Assembly: GCA_002269645.1 (NCBI GenBank)
Contig: NIVC01000112.1
Span: 454,520-518,519, forward strand
Direction: 5' to 3'
Origin: Macrostomum lignano
Taxonomy: Eukaryota
Length of the DNA stretch: 64,000 nt
Numbering within the stretch: position 1 is the stretch's first letter; every line of letters starts with the position of its first letter. The translations under genes were made by a program, and so were the position numbers. Shown here in pieces: positions 39,366-51,062 of this stretch. The notes under the pieces were generated by a model that worked only from the letters and a program-made list of their open reading frames with translations, did no database searches and was not told the DNA's origin.

Positions 39366-39929
39366 AATAAGATAGGCCGTACCGGGAGAGTGAATTGAGC
39401 CATTCAAGATTGTACGAGCGTATGGACTCTATCTAAGTGTATCCTTTTAGGACCATTCAGACATTAACACGGGAAACGGTCATGAATTGGCTTTTAAGGG
39501 ATCGTTTTCTGTGCTTCTGGACGAGAAGGTGAAGCCAGAGAACACCACATATTATGATATAGATTGGGTCACTTTGCAAAGGCTTGGTATTATAACCTAG
39601 CATTTTAGTTAGGATTGGTTATATAGAAGAAATGCTTTTAATTGTAAATTCTGTATAGAAGATAAATTGCTTTTTGATAAGGGAAAGTCAAGAGTTAGAA
39701 CATCAAAATCATTATCGGGTATTATGGCCTTATAAATTCCTATTCTATCGGAAGGTCTGCTAATGAGATGCGAGTCCACCTGAAGTTCTAAGAATGAAAC
39801 CCACTCAATTCAGGTCCACAAAAATCGACATCTCATTGACTTTGATAATAACATGCTTTTATTGTTTTCTTCCAAGTCAATTATTCTTTTTTTCCGGCAA
39901 GTTTATCGGCTAGGGATACACGGATATAG

Positions 39930-41782
39930 TGTTTAGCGTCAACTGGACCATAGACAATAATTTTCATGACAAACAAAACTTTAGCGTCAACTGGACCATA
40001 GACAATAATTTTCATGACAAACAAAACTTTAGCGTCAACTGGACCATAGACAATAATTTTCATGACAAACAAAACTTTAGCGTCAACTGGACCATAGACA
40101 ATAATTTTCATGACAAACAAAACTTTAGCGTCAACTGGACCATAGACAATAATTTTCATGACAAACAAAACTTTAGCGTCAACTGGACCATAGACAATAA
40201 TTTTCATGACAAACGAAACTTTAGCGTCAACTGGACCATAGACAATAATTTTCATGACAAACAAAACTTTAGCGTCAACTGGACCATAGACAATAATTTT
40301 CATGACAAACGAAACTTCAGCGTCAACTGGACCATAGACAATAATTTTCATGACAAACAAAACTTTAGCGTCAACTGGACCATAGACAATAATTTTCATG
40401 ACAAACAAAACTTTAGCGTCAACTGGACCATAGACAATAATTTTCATGACAAACAAAACTTCAGCGACAACTGGACCATAGACAATAATTTTCATGACAA
40501 ACAAAACTTTAGCGACAACTGGACCATAGACAATAATTTTCATGACAAACGAAACTTTAGCGACAACTGGACCATAGACAATAATTTTCATGACAAACAA
40601 AACTTTAGCGACAACTGGACCATAGACAATAATTTTCATGACAAACGAAACTTCAGCGTCAACTGGACCATAGACAATAATTTTCATGACAAACAAAACT
40701 TTAGCGTCAACTGGACCATAGACAATAATTTTCATGACAAACAAAACTTTAGCGTCAACTGGACCATAGACAATAATTTTCATGACAAACAAAACTTTAG
40801 CGACAACTGGACCATAGACAATAATTTTCATGACAAACGAAACTTTAGCGACAACTGGACCATAGACAATAATTTTCATGACAAACAAAACTTTAGCGTC
40901 AACTGGACCATAGACAATAATTTTCATGACAAACAAAACTTTAGCGACAACTGGACCATAGACAATAATTTTCATGACAAACAAAACTTTAGCGTCAACT
41001 GGACCATAGACAATAATTTTCATGACAAACAAAACTTTAGCGTCAACTGGACCATAGACAATAATTTTCATGACAAACAAAACTTTAGCGTCAACTGGAC
41101 CATAGACAATAATTTTCATGACAAACGAAACTTTAGCGTCAACTGGACCATAGACAATAATTTTCATGACAAACAAAACTTTAGCGTCAACTGGACCATA
41201 GACAATAATTTTCATGACAAACGAAACTTCAGCGTCAACTGGACCATAGACAATAATTTTCATGACAAACAAAACTTTAGCGACAACTGGACCATAGACA
41301 ATAATTTTCATGACAAACAAAACTTTAGCGTCAACTGGACCATAGACAATAATTTTCATGACAAACAAAACTTTAGCGACAACTGGACCATAGACAATAA
41401 TTTTCATGACAAACGAAACTTTAGCGTCAACTGGACCATAGACAATAATTTTCATGACAAACGAAACTTCAGCGTCAACTGGACCATAGACAATAATTTT
41501 CATGACAAACGAAACTTCAGCGTCAACTGGACCATAGACAATAATTTTCATGACAAACAAAACTTTAGCGACAACTGGACCATAGACAATAATTTTCATG
41601 ACAAACAAAACTTTAGCGTCAACTGGACCATAGACAATAATTTTCATGACAAACAAAACTTCAGCGTAAACTGGACCATAGACAATAATTTTCATGACAA
41701 ACAAAACTTTAGCGTCAACTGGACCATAGACAATAATTTTTATCACAAACGAAACTTTAGCGTCAACTGGACCATAGACAAT
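39930..41782. repeat. 48-bp minisatellite (tttagcgtcaactggaccatagacaataattttcatgacaaacaaaac)
   Basis: About 38 highly homogeneous copies. Confidence 0.97.
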
Positions 41783-43431
41783 CCAAATTGCGTTTAGCTT
41801 TTTGGAAATTTTGGAGAAATCCCTCGGGCTAGAATTGCTATATAGCGACTAGCAATTATAAATGAATTAGCTAGGCCAAGGGGTTTTAAGACCTGTGATT
41901 CGCACAAATCAGATTTTATGCTCATACTGATTAGACTAACTTGGTCACCCATCTATCATCTGTAGGACAGTTAATAAATTTGCATGCTAATGAATATTTA
42001 TCTAAAATGCTATAATTGTTGGCTAATAATAATTAATAATTAACGGTTATTGATTCAAGCTCGGGTTAATCCCAGTTGTCCTGTTTTAATCCCATGGTAA
42101 AGTCACTTCTGCAATGCCACTCTGCATTATTTTGACGAGTATTCTTCTCGTCATACATTTAGTGGATATTGTACTTTAAAATAAGAAACTACTAGTTCCA
42201 CAATCGTTTTTTTTTCATTTTTGCATCGTAAGGACAGGTGCAAAGTCGAATGAGGTGAAAATTCTTCGACGCCCTAATTATATCACCTCTAATAATCATA
42301 TTCAATAGATTGAAGACCTCGTTAGCTCAATACAGAAACTGAGGCTTGTGAAATCATAATTATTTATGAGGTTTAATTGAGTGCGGCAGTTTTGATGCAA
42401 ACGAGGGGGGGTCGCAATTATAATTACAGAACTGCGAGGCATCTTTGGCGCATTCAACCTTCGTTATATTGAATCTATTCAGGTAAAAATACTCGACGAA
42501 TAACAGGGCTCAACTTTTGCTAACTCTTTGACGTGGCATCCTTCGGCCTTCGGTAAAGCTTAGTGGTCCAGGATGCTGCTCTGATGTGCCAGCTGCCCAG
42601 GCACAATTCCAAGAGTAGCCACATTATAATTTGGGATCTAAATTAGAATCTCGGCTTGGCTCTGCTCGTGCAATTTACACCCTTGAGGGCCACCCACCTC
42701 CCCCAAGGTACAGCGCTGTGTGTGTATGTGTGTGTATGACTGCGTACGTATCCGCGCGCTTGCGTGCCTGCTCAGGGGAATCGGCGGAACGGGCAGTAAT
42801 GCAGTAATGGGCAGTAAAGGACCTACGCATACAACATGTACATAAATGCATACAGGCACGTTCTAGTGCGACTTTATCAGCCATGCCACCCGCGCTGTAA
42901 GTGCAAGTCTGACTGCACAGTCTGGAAGAGTGGTATACTGTCCTGCTCCTGCCACTGTCCTCTTGGCTTCATGACATCCCCGTTTGTTATGAATTTTCAG
43001 AACGCATTAACTTGTGCAATGGCCTGACTAAACAGTTAATACATGAGCAGCTTTGTAATACACTTGAATGCATTTTGTGGCAACTGTCTCAGGGAATACA
43101 TGTGCAAACTCGATTTTTGATAGCTTTTTCCCAGCCAAATCTGGCTCGACATAAAAGGATGAGAAATATTAGTTGAGCTAGAAACTTTTCTTGGTCAAGC
43201 GTCTAATGATGCATTTCTTGAGCAAATCTTCAAGCGCGGTTGCAGAGTCACGAGTCCGCTTGACTGATCAAGCCATGGTTTGTTGATTAGCGATCTGACT
43301 GGATGGGCACTGATCAGCCACTGGGATTGGCTAGTCTATTATATAATGTAGATGGGACTTCGCATTTTTTAGACGGCACACTGACTGATTAACAGGCCCG
43401 GTTCTGGCAAGGCAACTGACGGCTGCATGCC

Positions 43432-44442
43432 ATGAGCAACTCAAGTAACAGCACTTCTTTACCACTGGACGGTCTCGAGGACGCGGACAGAGACCCCACT
43501 CCCCTGGCCCTGGACGTGTTTTTTCTAGTGCTTGTAATCACAGTTGGCGTCTGCGGAAACTTGCTCACAATCCTGTCTGTCACGCGCTTCAAACAGCTGA
43601 AGTCGGCCACCAACTTCCTGGTGGTGAACATCGGCCTGGCCGATCTCCTTGTGTGCTCCTATTTTGTGCCAACCATTCTGGCCAATCGAATCGGAGAGAC
43701 AAACATCTTTCACAAAAGTGTTTGCCAGCTGAATGCTTTCTTGCTGTTCTCAGCCAGTGGCGTCTCCAACTTCAGCTTCACGTTGATTGCCGTTGCTCGG
43801 AACCTGTGCGTTCTGCACAAAGTCGTGTACCAGAGGTACTTCACCAACGCTAGGGTGATTGGCTACTGCTTGGCCTGCTGGCTGGTCTGGCTTTCTGTTA
43901 GCGGACTCTTCTGGGGTTTAAAAGGCTTTGGCTACATCCGGGAAGTGTACATCTGTTTCTATTACGACGACGAGTCGTTCTTCGCGTTGAGCTTCTTGTT
44001 GACCTTGCTGGGCGTAGCGTTTCCGTCGCTTCTTGCTGCTGGCTGCTACATCAGTCTGTTTTTCAAACTGTTCCGTATTCGCAAAGAAGCCGAGGCTTCG
44101 CTGCAAACTGATGCAACCAGTTTCAGCAAGGAGTGGAAGGCTCTGGTCCCAGTGCTGACCGCCTTCATTGTGTTTAACCTGTGCTGGGGTCCCTACAGCA
44201 TCCACGTGTACATTGACAGGTTTGTAGCTCCCGTGGGCAGAATTCCGCACAAGCTGATCATCTGGCTTGCCGTGTTCAACTCAACCCTGAACCCGATCAT
44301 CTACGGCCTGTTGAATCCGCAGTTCCGTCGCAGCTACTCCAAAATCGCTCGGCGCGCCCTGTGCGTCTTTAAGTCGTCGGCGGTGCATCCGTCATTGGAT
44401 GAACCCAACAGCAGATCGAATGCTGCCGCCGCTCAGCCGTGA
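43432..44442 (+). CDS. Class A (rhodopsin-like) GPCR, melatonin-receptor-like orphan, 336 aa, intronless
   Basis: Seven hydrophobic segments with GN (TM1), LAD (TM2), Cys at the start of TM3, W (TM4), CWGP (TM6) and NPIIYGLLNPQFRRSY (TM7/H8). N-terminal NSS and NST sequons. The YGLLN..FR..Y tail resembles melatonin receptors. Confidence 0.9.
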   Translation: MSNSSNSTSLPLDGLEDADRDPTPLALDVFFLVLVITVGVCGNLLTILSVTRFKQLKSATNFLVVNIGLADLLVCSYFVPTILANRIGETNIFHKSVCQLNAFLLFSASGVSNFSFTLIAVARNLCVLHKVVYQRYFTNARVIGYCLACWLVWLSVSGLFWGLKGFGYIREVYICFYYDDESFFALSFLLTLLGVAFPSLLAAGCYISLFFKLFRIRKEAEASLQTDATSFSKEWKALVPVLTAFIVFNLCWGPYSIHVYIDRFVAPVGRIPHKLIIWLAVFNSTLNPIIYGLLNPQFRRSYSKIARRALCVFKSSAVHPSLDEPNSRSNAAAAQP

Positions 44443-45119
44443 GAGATGCTTGCTGGGCCTGATGGCTTCACCTGAAGCTTAATAATGGAAAGAAAACGAT
44501 TTTACCTGATTTTTTAAAGAAACGTTCTCGTTGACTAAAATATACTCCACCAGACTGTTGTCCGTGTTAGCACTTGATGCAATAATCTTTTAGTGTTCCC
44601 GAATAGTCTCTCTATGAAGAGAGAGAATGCCCTTCTGTTTTCTTAAAATCTGATCCTAAAATATACTTCGCATGATCAGGCAGTTAACTCAACTTTTCGT
44701 TCGGTTTTTTGTTGTTTGCAGATCACTGAAAGGTGAATTTGAAAGAGCTTCAGCATAGCTTTGTTCCTGGCTAATTGATCTAGAAGGCTCTTGCAGCTTT
44801 GCTCAATGTCTGATTACACGCTGCCCTGCATCGTGGCCAAGATCAAGTTTCTTCTGCAGCCAAGTTGCGAGTGTCCCTAATCCCTTGTACCTGTCTAAAC
44901 CCTTTGTGCTCTATTAGCACGATGTGTCTTCAAGTTTCTCTGATTGATTCGCTCAGAGACAAACTATAAAAGATCGTTTATAACTAAGATGTCGAACCGT
45001 GACTAAACAACTTTATTTCGCCGTAAAAGTTGCACACACTCACACAGGGTGTACAGTGGCCTTGGAATTATCGCAATCGAAACGGGTGATAGAAACTGTG
45101 CCTACCACAACTGGACGCG

Positions 45120-45395
45120 GTGCACTCCAGCCGGCGCTGCCTTAAACATCCACCGTCACACCGAACACGTCACCAATCAGGCCCCCTATCACAGCGACGC
45201 CTGAAGCTGGCGGGTCACGTCATTCCCGCCAATTCATACTGCCCAGAGCCACGCTGCAGGAGGTCCTACTGTGGACACAGCGGGTCCCTCTCCGGCGGGG
45301 GCAGGCGCGGACCCGGAGGTTCGTCGACTGTTTGACAGAAGACGCCAAGTCGCCTGACCAAGCCGACGGTGTTGATTTTATCAGAGACTGCGACT
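45120..45395 (+). mobile_element. Degenerate 3' fragment of an RTE-like non-LTR retrotransposon
   Basis: Frameshifted RRCL-NIH..HVTN..-RRLKLAGHVI..-LQEVLLWTQRVPLRRGQARTRRFVDCLTED, typical of the C-terminal post-RT region. Confidence 0.6.
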
Positions 45396-46956
45396 AAGCC
45401 GTGGTCACAGCGTGCGCTGCCGTTGAATCTGGCACAAAACAGAATGAGGTGGAAAGAGAATTAAAGAACGATCGAATGCATTTGCATGTAGGCTAGGCTA
45501 AGCAGGATTAAGGCAGGACAGACTGACTGTAGGACATCCCCATTGCTAATGCTTTCAAATCATTCCTGCCTTCTAATATTCGTCAGCAAAATGTTTTCAG
45601 AAAATCAGTTTACAATCCTTAAATCGCTTGAGTCCCCGGATGAATTAAAATCCATTTAAATTGATTAGACTGTGAGAAATGCAATAGATAAAAGCAGTGT
45701 TGACGAAAGCACGTCTGCAAATATTCTGCTGGAACAGCTGCTCCGCTGTCATTTAAGTCTGACGCGTAGGCCTGCAAATGCTCGACCCGTATTTTTTAAT
45801 TTCAACTCCCGTTCGTTTAGGTGCCTGGGATAAACAAATTTAAACAGAGACTTGGTCAGTAGTAGTCGGGCCAGTCGTCCAAAACAAATCGTGGACAACT
45901 GACGTGGAAAAAAGCTGCAGACATTGAATCATGCGATATTCGCTGCCATTAAAAAAACTTTTTCAATGTTTTGCACCAAATAGCGTTGAATATCTCTCTT
46001 TTTGAACTCAAATATTCATTTTAACAGTCTTTTGTCAGAGATCTAAGAGGTTAATTCCCAAGTTTATCAAGCTATTTTCTGAGAAATGCTTCCGAAGACT
46101 ACGGAATCATTTTTTCAGTTATTATAATCTACATGTATTTTTTCAGAAAAATAGCGAAATTCTTTTTGAAAACACTAATAGGCCTAGGTATTGTATTTCG
46201 CGTCTTACCAATCCACTGTACTCGCAGCATAATTTCAAATTTCATTTCTAGAAACTTGCGATCAGCCTTGTACAAGCACAATACGCTCGTAGTGATAGTT
46301 GCTCCATTTTGAAATTTTGAGTAGTGAAATATTGTCAAGTTAGTGCTAAAATGGAAGACATCCCAGCTATCTACAGCCATAATTCGAACTATTGTCGAAG
46401 AGAGTCGAGGAATCGGCTACATGTAGAGACATGATGTTGGAATGTCTCGACCTTTCTAGTCCAAAAGGTCAGACTAGTTAAGGTCCGGAGATCTGCTTTG
46501 GGCTCTTTGGACAATCCAAGCCTTCATGCAAATTCTTGGCGATTAACTTGGGCGCAGATTGCAGTCTGCTTGTTTGCCGAAAGCAGAAAACGTGGCACGC
46601 ATCATTAAAAACCGCACCCGTTGTGCGTGACCGACCTTATTATTTTAGCCCAGAGTTCGGGTTGGAGCTTGTGCAAACAAGCGCTGACATTTTCGGTTGA
46701 TGCTAAAATAAATTTAGCATCCAGCAAGCTCACTGCGGCTCGGTGCATTCAATGAGCCAGATGATTAGCTCCATCTATCCGAGCAGAAATCCGCCCGACG
46801 GTGCGAAAAAGTCTATTGGTAAAATTCGTTTGCATTTTTATGCAAACACACGCAGGTCAGACCGCACACAGACTCTCAGAGACAGAGGCGTTCCATTGAA
46901 TTCTTCACTCGCTGATGGGTCTCAAGCTCGCAAGCAAATGAGCCGCCGTGTTTGCG

Positions 46957-47014
46957 CACGTGGCGCTGCTGATCAACCAGAAAACGTGAATTGACCGAAC
47001 CGGTTTTCTATAAG
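46957..47014 (+). promoter_or_regulatory. Promoter module of precursor gene A: CACGTG, GAAAACGTGA and TATA-like TCTATAAGTAAG
   Basis: Motifs at 46957, 46980 and 47009; same order upstream of gene B. Confidence 0.55.
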
Positions 47015-47105
47015 TAAGCGATGAATTTCTCCGCGAATAGGGCAGCAATCTTTTTGATACCTGGTATCTTTTTTGAAAGCAAATTTTCGCAGCATCTGCA
47101 ACACG

Positions 47106-47552
47106 ATGAAGCTGCAGCTGCTGTGCCTGAGCCTTCTGGTGCTCGGCCTGGCGGTCTTCTGCGTGGCTGCCGAGGAGCAGCCGGCGAAGCCTGCGGATGT
47201 CGAGGCCGAGTCCGACGAGCCCGAAGCCCTCGAAAACGCCCTGATGGAGCTGGAGTCGCCCAGCAGCGACGCTCTCGAGTCTGAATCAAGTGAGGTGAGC
47301 CCTGTCGAGCAGAAGTACCGATTCCGGAGACGGCGCTACTACAGGCGCTACAGGCGAGCTCTCAGGCGCTACTACAGGCGCTACTACAGGCGCAGATACT
47401 ACAGGGCCAGGCGCTACTATAGGCGCCACTACAGGCGCTACAGGCGCTACTACAGGCGCAGATACTACAGGTCCAGGCGCTACTACAGGCGGAGGTACTA
47501 CAGGCGTAGGTACTACAGGCGCAGGTACTACAGGCGCAGGTACTATGGCTAA
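47106..47552 (+). CDS. Secreted Arg/Tyr-rich prepropeptide A (putative antimicrobial-peptide-like precursor), 148 aa
   Basis: Signal peptide MKLQLLCLSLLVLGLAVFCVAA; 48-aa acidic propiece ending PVEQK; 78-aa tail with 43 Arg and 28 Tyr ending RRRYYG*. Confidence 0.88.
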   Translation: MKLQLLCLSLLVLGLAVFCVAAEEQPAKPADVEAESDEPEALENALMELESPSSDALESESSEVSPVEQKYRFRRRRYYRRYRRALRRYYRRYYRRRYYRARRYYRRHYRRYRRYYRRRYYRSRRYYRRRYYRRRYYRRRYYRRRYYG

Positions 47553-48329
47553 AAATTGGATTAACGGCCCGAAGAAATCAACACAGAAAGAAACTCTACT
47601 TAACATCTTGATGAACTCTGACTAATTACTTAGCATATTGATTTTGTTATCAGCTTTACCCACCACAAATTTTCCATTGAACTGTCTATCTTTCTAACTA
47701 GACAACTATATTGACCGCTTAACACGTGTAATTCTCTTTCTTTCAACCAGCTCCAATTGCTCAATCCATTTTTACTCACGGATCTCAGATTTCAAGTTAA
47801 GCAAGACGCTCAAGGCGATCTTTACCAGTTTACAAGTACTAACAAATATTTCAAATATTTCTGTCTTTTAACATCTGAAATAAATAGACTGCGTATCGAA
47901 ACTGTAAGTTTACAGTTCAATATTAAAGAGCTCCCTGCTTATCTACAAATTTCCAAAAAACTCGTCGTTTGAAGTTGAGTTCGTTCTAAGCCAAGATGCG
48001 ATTAACTGCATGTTAAGGCTCACTGTGAACTCGGTGGACTACTTAAAAGTAGTCTAAATGCGTGCAAATCGCTGCAAAATGTAGCGTTTTATCCGAGTTG
48101 CACACACAAGTTTATCAAGTCTAGTATTGCATGAAATTCTCCCAGAGACCGGCAAGAAAGCAATCGAAGTTCCTGTAAAATTTTGGCTGTTCCTGTCCCT
48201 GTAGTGTCTTTCCTCGGCCGAATTCTGTATCGAATATGTCCATGCTGAAATCCCTTTTAACGCACTATGAACAAAAAGCAAATCTGTGTAGTGAACACAA
48301 CTGTATTCTAAGGCGGTGGACCCGCTAGG

Positions 48330-48560
48330 TGGTCGCAGTCCTGCGCGCTTGTAGAGGGCTGCGTTGGAGACGGCTCCGGGTAGCTGATGCTGAAAACTGC
48401 TCACTGCAGGGCCGAGTGTGCTGCGTCCACCTTTCGGCGTTGTCGGTCAAAAAGGTTTCGACTATACTGCCTCAGCTGGGACGCCACCGGCTGTTGCCAC
48501 CTTCTCAGAGAGCTCGCGCTGAAAAAACTGATATCTGACACCGCCCTCTTGAGAACTTTA
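48330..48560 (-). mobile_element. Degenerate RTE-like non-LTR retrotransposon fragment
   Basis: Frameshifted RRKVDAAHSAL..AVFSISY-..VSNAALYKRAGLRPPS on the minus strand. Confidence 0.5.
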
Positions 48561-48854
48561 CTCCGTTTCCCCGGCGGTGTGCCCTGTTGTTGTTGTTGTT
48601 GTCCTTGACAAACTTACGAGTGCACCTCAGTAAAACATGTACTTGACTTCGTTTGGAATTCGTGAGACCTAGCTGCACAACAATATCGAGCCGAATTGAA
48701 ATTAAGAGCGCTTATTTTGGCGACAGCAATCCTAGGAGTGATTTCCTGGAACAAGCGTCAATTAAAAATGGCGATTTTGTGACGTCCAGTGGTTATAACC
48801 CAGCTATGGGTGTTTTGAGTGTTGGTAACTAGATTTACTTGATGTCATAGATCT

Positions 48855-49110
48855 GTACACCAAATATCTGTAAATCACGGATCTGTACGTCCCGGATCTG
48901 TAAATCACGGATCTGTACGTCACGGATCTGTAAATCATGGATCTGTACGTCAGAAATCTGCGCGTCACGGATCTGTACGTCACGGATCTGTAAATCATGG
49001 ATCTGTACGTCACGGATCTGTAAATCATGGATCTGTACGTCACGGATCTGTAAATCATGGATCTGTACGTCACGGATCTGTAAATCATGGATCTGTACGT
49101 CAGGAATCTG
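48855..49110. repeat. 30-bp tandem repeat built from two 15-bp subunits (ggatctgtacgtcacggatctgtaaatcat)
   Basis: About 8 copies. Confidence 0.9.
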
Positions 49111-50109
49111 AATGATATGCTCGGATCTATACGGATCTCTATAAAATTTCCAAGCGGGATCACTGCTCCCTATTCTCATTTACCGCAAAATGGATTATGT
49201 GATTAAAACTTCAAATTTAAAGGTAAAGCGCCTAGTCATTCGCTAGTTCAAGTTTTCAAGCATTCAAGGATTCAAATGGCGTCAGGATATTCAACGGCAT
49301 TCCGGTCAGAATTATTTGTTTTAATTTCATTCCAGCAACTCTCTGTCATGCAAAGCATGCACATCCAATTTCTTTAATTTCTACTTGCTATTGCTACGAG
49401 CTAATTTTAGCATTTGCGAAAAACACCAGTAAAGTGTCGGTCTTGTCAGGGGGCAGACAGAACTGCAAAAAAGTTTGATTTAGTGCGTTGAAACTTTTAA
49501 TACGTTCTCACAGCTTCTATATATAGTACCATTCAAGACGCCTGAACTAGAATTAAATTAAATTGTAGCTCTTATTACGAATGCAGGGCTAATATTTTTA
49601 AATAGTATCAGGACAACAGGTGTGATCAGAAAACGGATGTACCGCACATAGTAGCACTGTCATTACAAAGCGGATTCAATCGAGCTTCAAGGATATCTTC
49701 AAGGAGTTTAGAGATTTTTTTATCTGTCCAATTAGGTATGCAAAAAAACTTGCGATTACAGGATTTTTAAATGTAGCAATGTGGCAGTTTCGGTAATTTA
49801 TTTTGTAGCTTCGGCCAGATCGTCCTTCCGTGATCGAACGCGAACCTAATTATATTACTTTTACTTGACTTGATCTAAGTAGAACGAGGGACAGCGCGCA
49901 TATAACTTCAAGCGTCAATGGCTGATACAATTTACAGTGTACTTCATCCTAGAAGTTATTCTTAAGTTATCGGTGTATCGCTTTCAAAATTCATTTTTTG
50001 TTTCATTTATAATTACGAGCGTATGTATAATTTAGTCTTTAGGTCAGGGCTTAGGTAATGATTGGCTGTGATACTTATCAATGGGTAGGATTAGGAAACC
50101 CGAAAAATA

Positions 50110-50455
50110 GGGGTGGAGCAGACATGGGCAGCCAATCAGGCTTGGGTGTGATAAATGGGGCAGAAAGCATGGGCGGTTGGAGGCAGCTAGGCGGAGGGGT
50201 GGAGCAGACATGGGCAGCCAATCAGGCTTGGGTGTGATAAATGGGGCAGAAAGAATGGGGGCGGTTGGAGGCAGCTAGGCGGAGGGGTGGAGCAGACATG
50301 GGCAGCCAATCAGGCTTGGGTGTGATAAATAGGGCAGAAAGAATGGGGCGGTTGGAGGCAGCTAGGCGGAGGGGTGGAGCAGACATGGGCAACCAATCAG
50401 GCTTGGGTGTGATAAATGGGGCAGAAAGAATGGGGGCGGTTGAAGGCAGCTAGGC
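50110..50455. repeat. ~87-bp tandem repeat, each unit carrying CCAAT and GGGCGG motifs
   Basis: About 4 copies starting at 50110, 50196, 50284 and 50371. Confidence 0.92.
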
Positions 50456-51062
50456 GATGGGGGTTGATGCAGACGGTTTGCGGAAGGTGGTTGGCCCAAA
50501 AACATGGGCCCAGGGGGGGGGGGAATGCACTGCCGCGCCCTATCTGACCGAGAGCTAGGGAACTGCTCAAGTTAATAAGGGTTTCTAATCAAGACTTCGA
50601 TCAAGGACTGTGTGATTCTGGATCTTGGACACGAGTCAGCAGGGTGCAGAGATTCGTCAGTCTCGCTACTGCAGGCATCACTGATGCTGGTGTGGCGTGA
50701 GTGACGTGGACTGCGAAATTCATTGCATACAAAAATTCATCCGCACTACTTATCCGCCTGATGAGTCCTTGGTTTTATTCATTAAAACTTTTTAAATATA
50801 TATTTTTTTAAGTCCCAAACTCAAGGAGGTAAGAAATTGCTTTTAATGCTTATTTAACGAAATATCTTCAACGTACAACGCACAATAGCTTGGAGCAGAG
50901 GTTTCAATGTGTTGAGGTGGAGATGAGTAAGAAGGTGAAAATACAGACACGAGTACAAGTATAAATAGAGAGCCAATTTTGCCACTCGGGTGACTATAAC
51001 TAACAATAGAATTGGCCTGTGCAAGCCTGCAACACTCAAAACACCGCACACAGCAGTTATTC

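Noticed and set aside
9714-41782. Tandem arrays as possible CRISPR arrays
   Set aside because: Units are directly adjacent with no unique spacers, there are no cas genes, and the context is eukaryotic
39881-41797. ~620-aa ORFs open on both strands, with NFS/NWT sequons on the plus strand
   Set aside because: A 48-bp unit with no stop in those frames. Variation is nucleotide-level homogenisation, there is no signal peptide or convincing splice context, and both-strand openness is expected by chance for some arrays
42836-43027. Small Cys-rich ORF (CKCKSDC..CSCHC)
   Set aside because: 63 aa, no signal peptide, splice support or recognisable family; may be a transposon remnant
47106-47552. Protamine or sperm nuclear basic protein
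   Set aside because: A clear N-terminal signal peptide and acidic propiece indicate secretion, not nuclear localisation
47286-47606. Antisense V/P/A-rich ORF
   Set aside because: Mirror of the Arg/Tyr codon repeats of gene A
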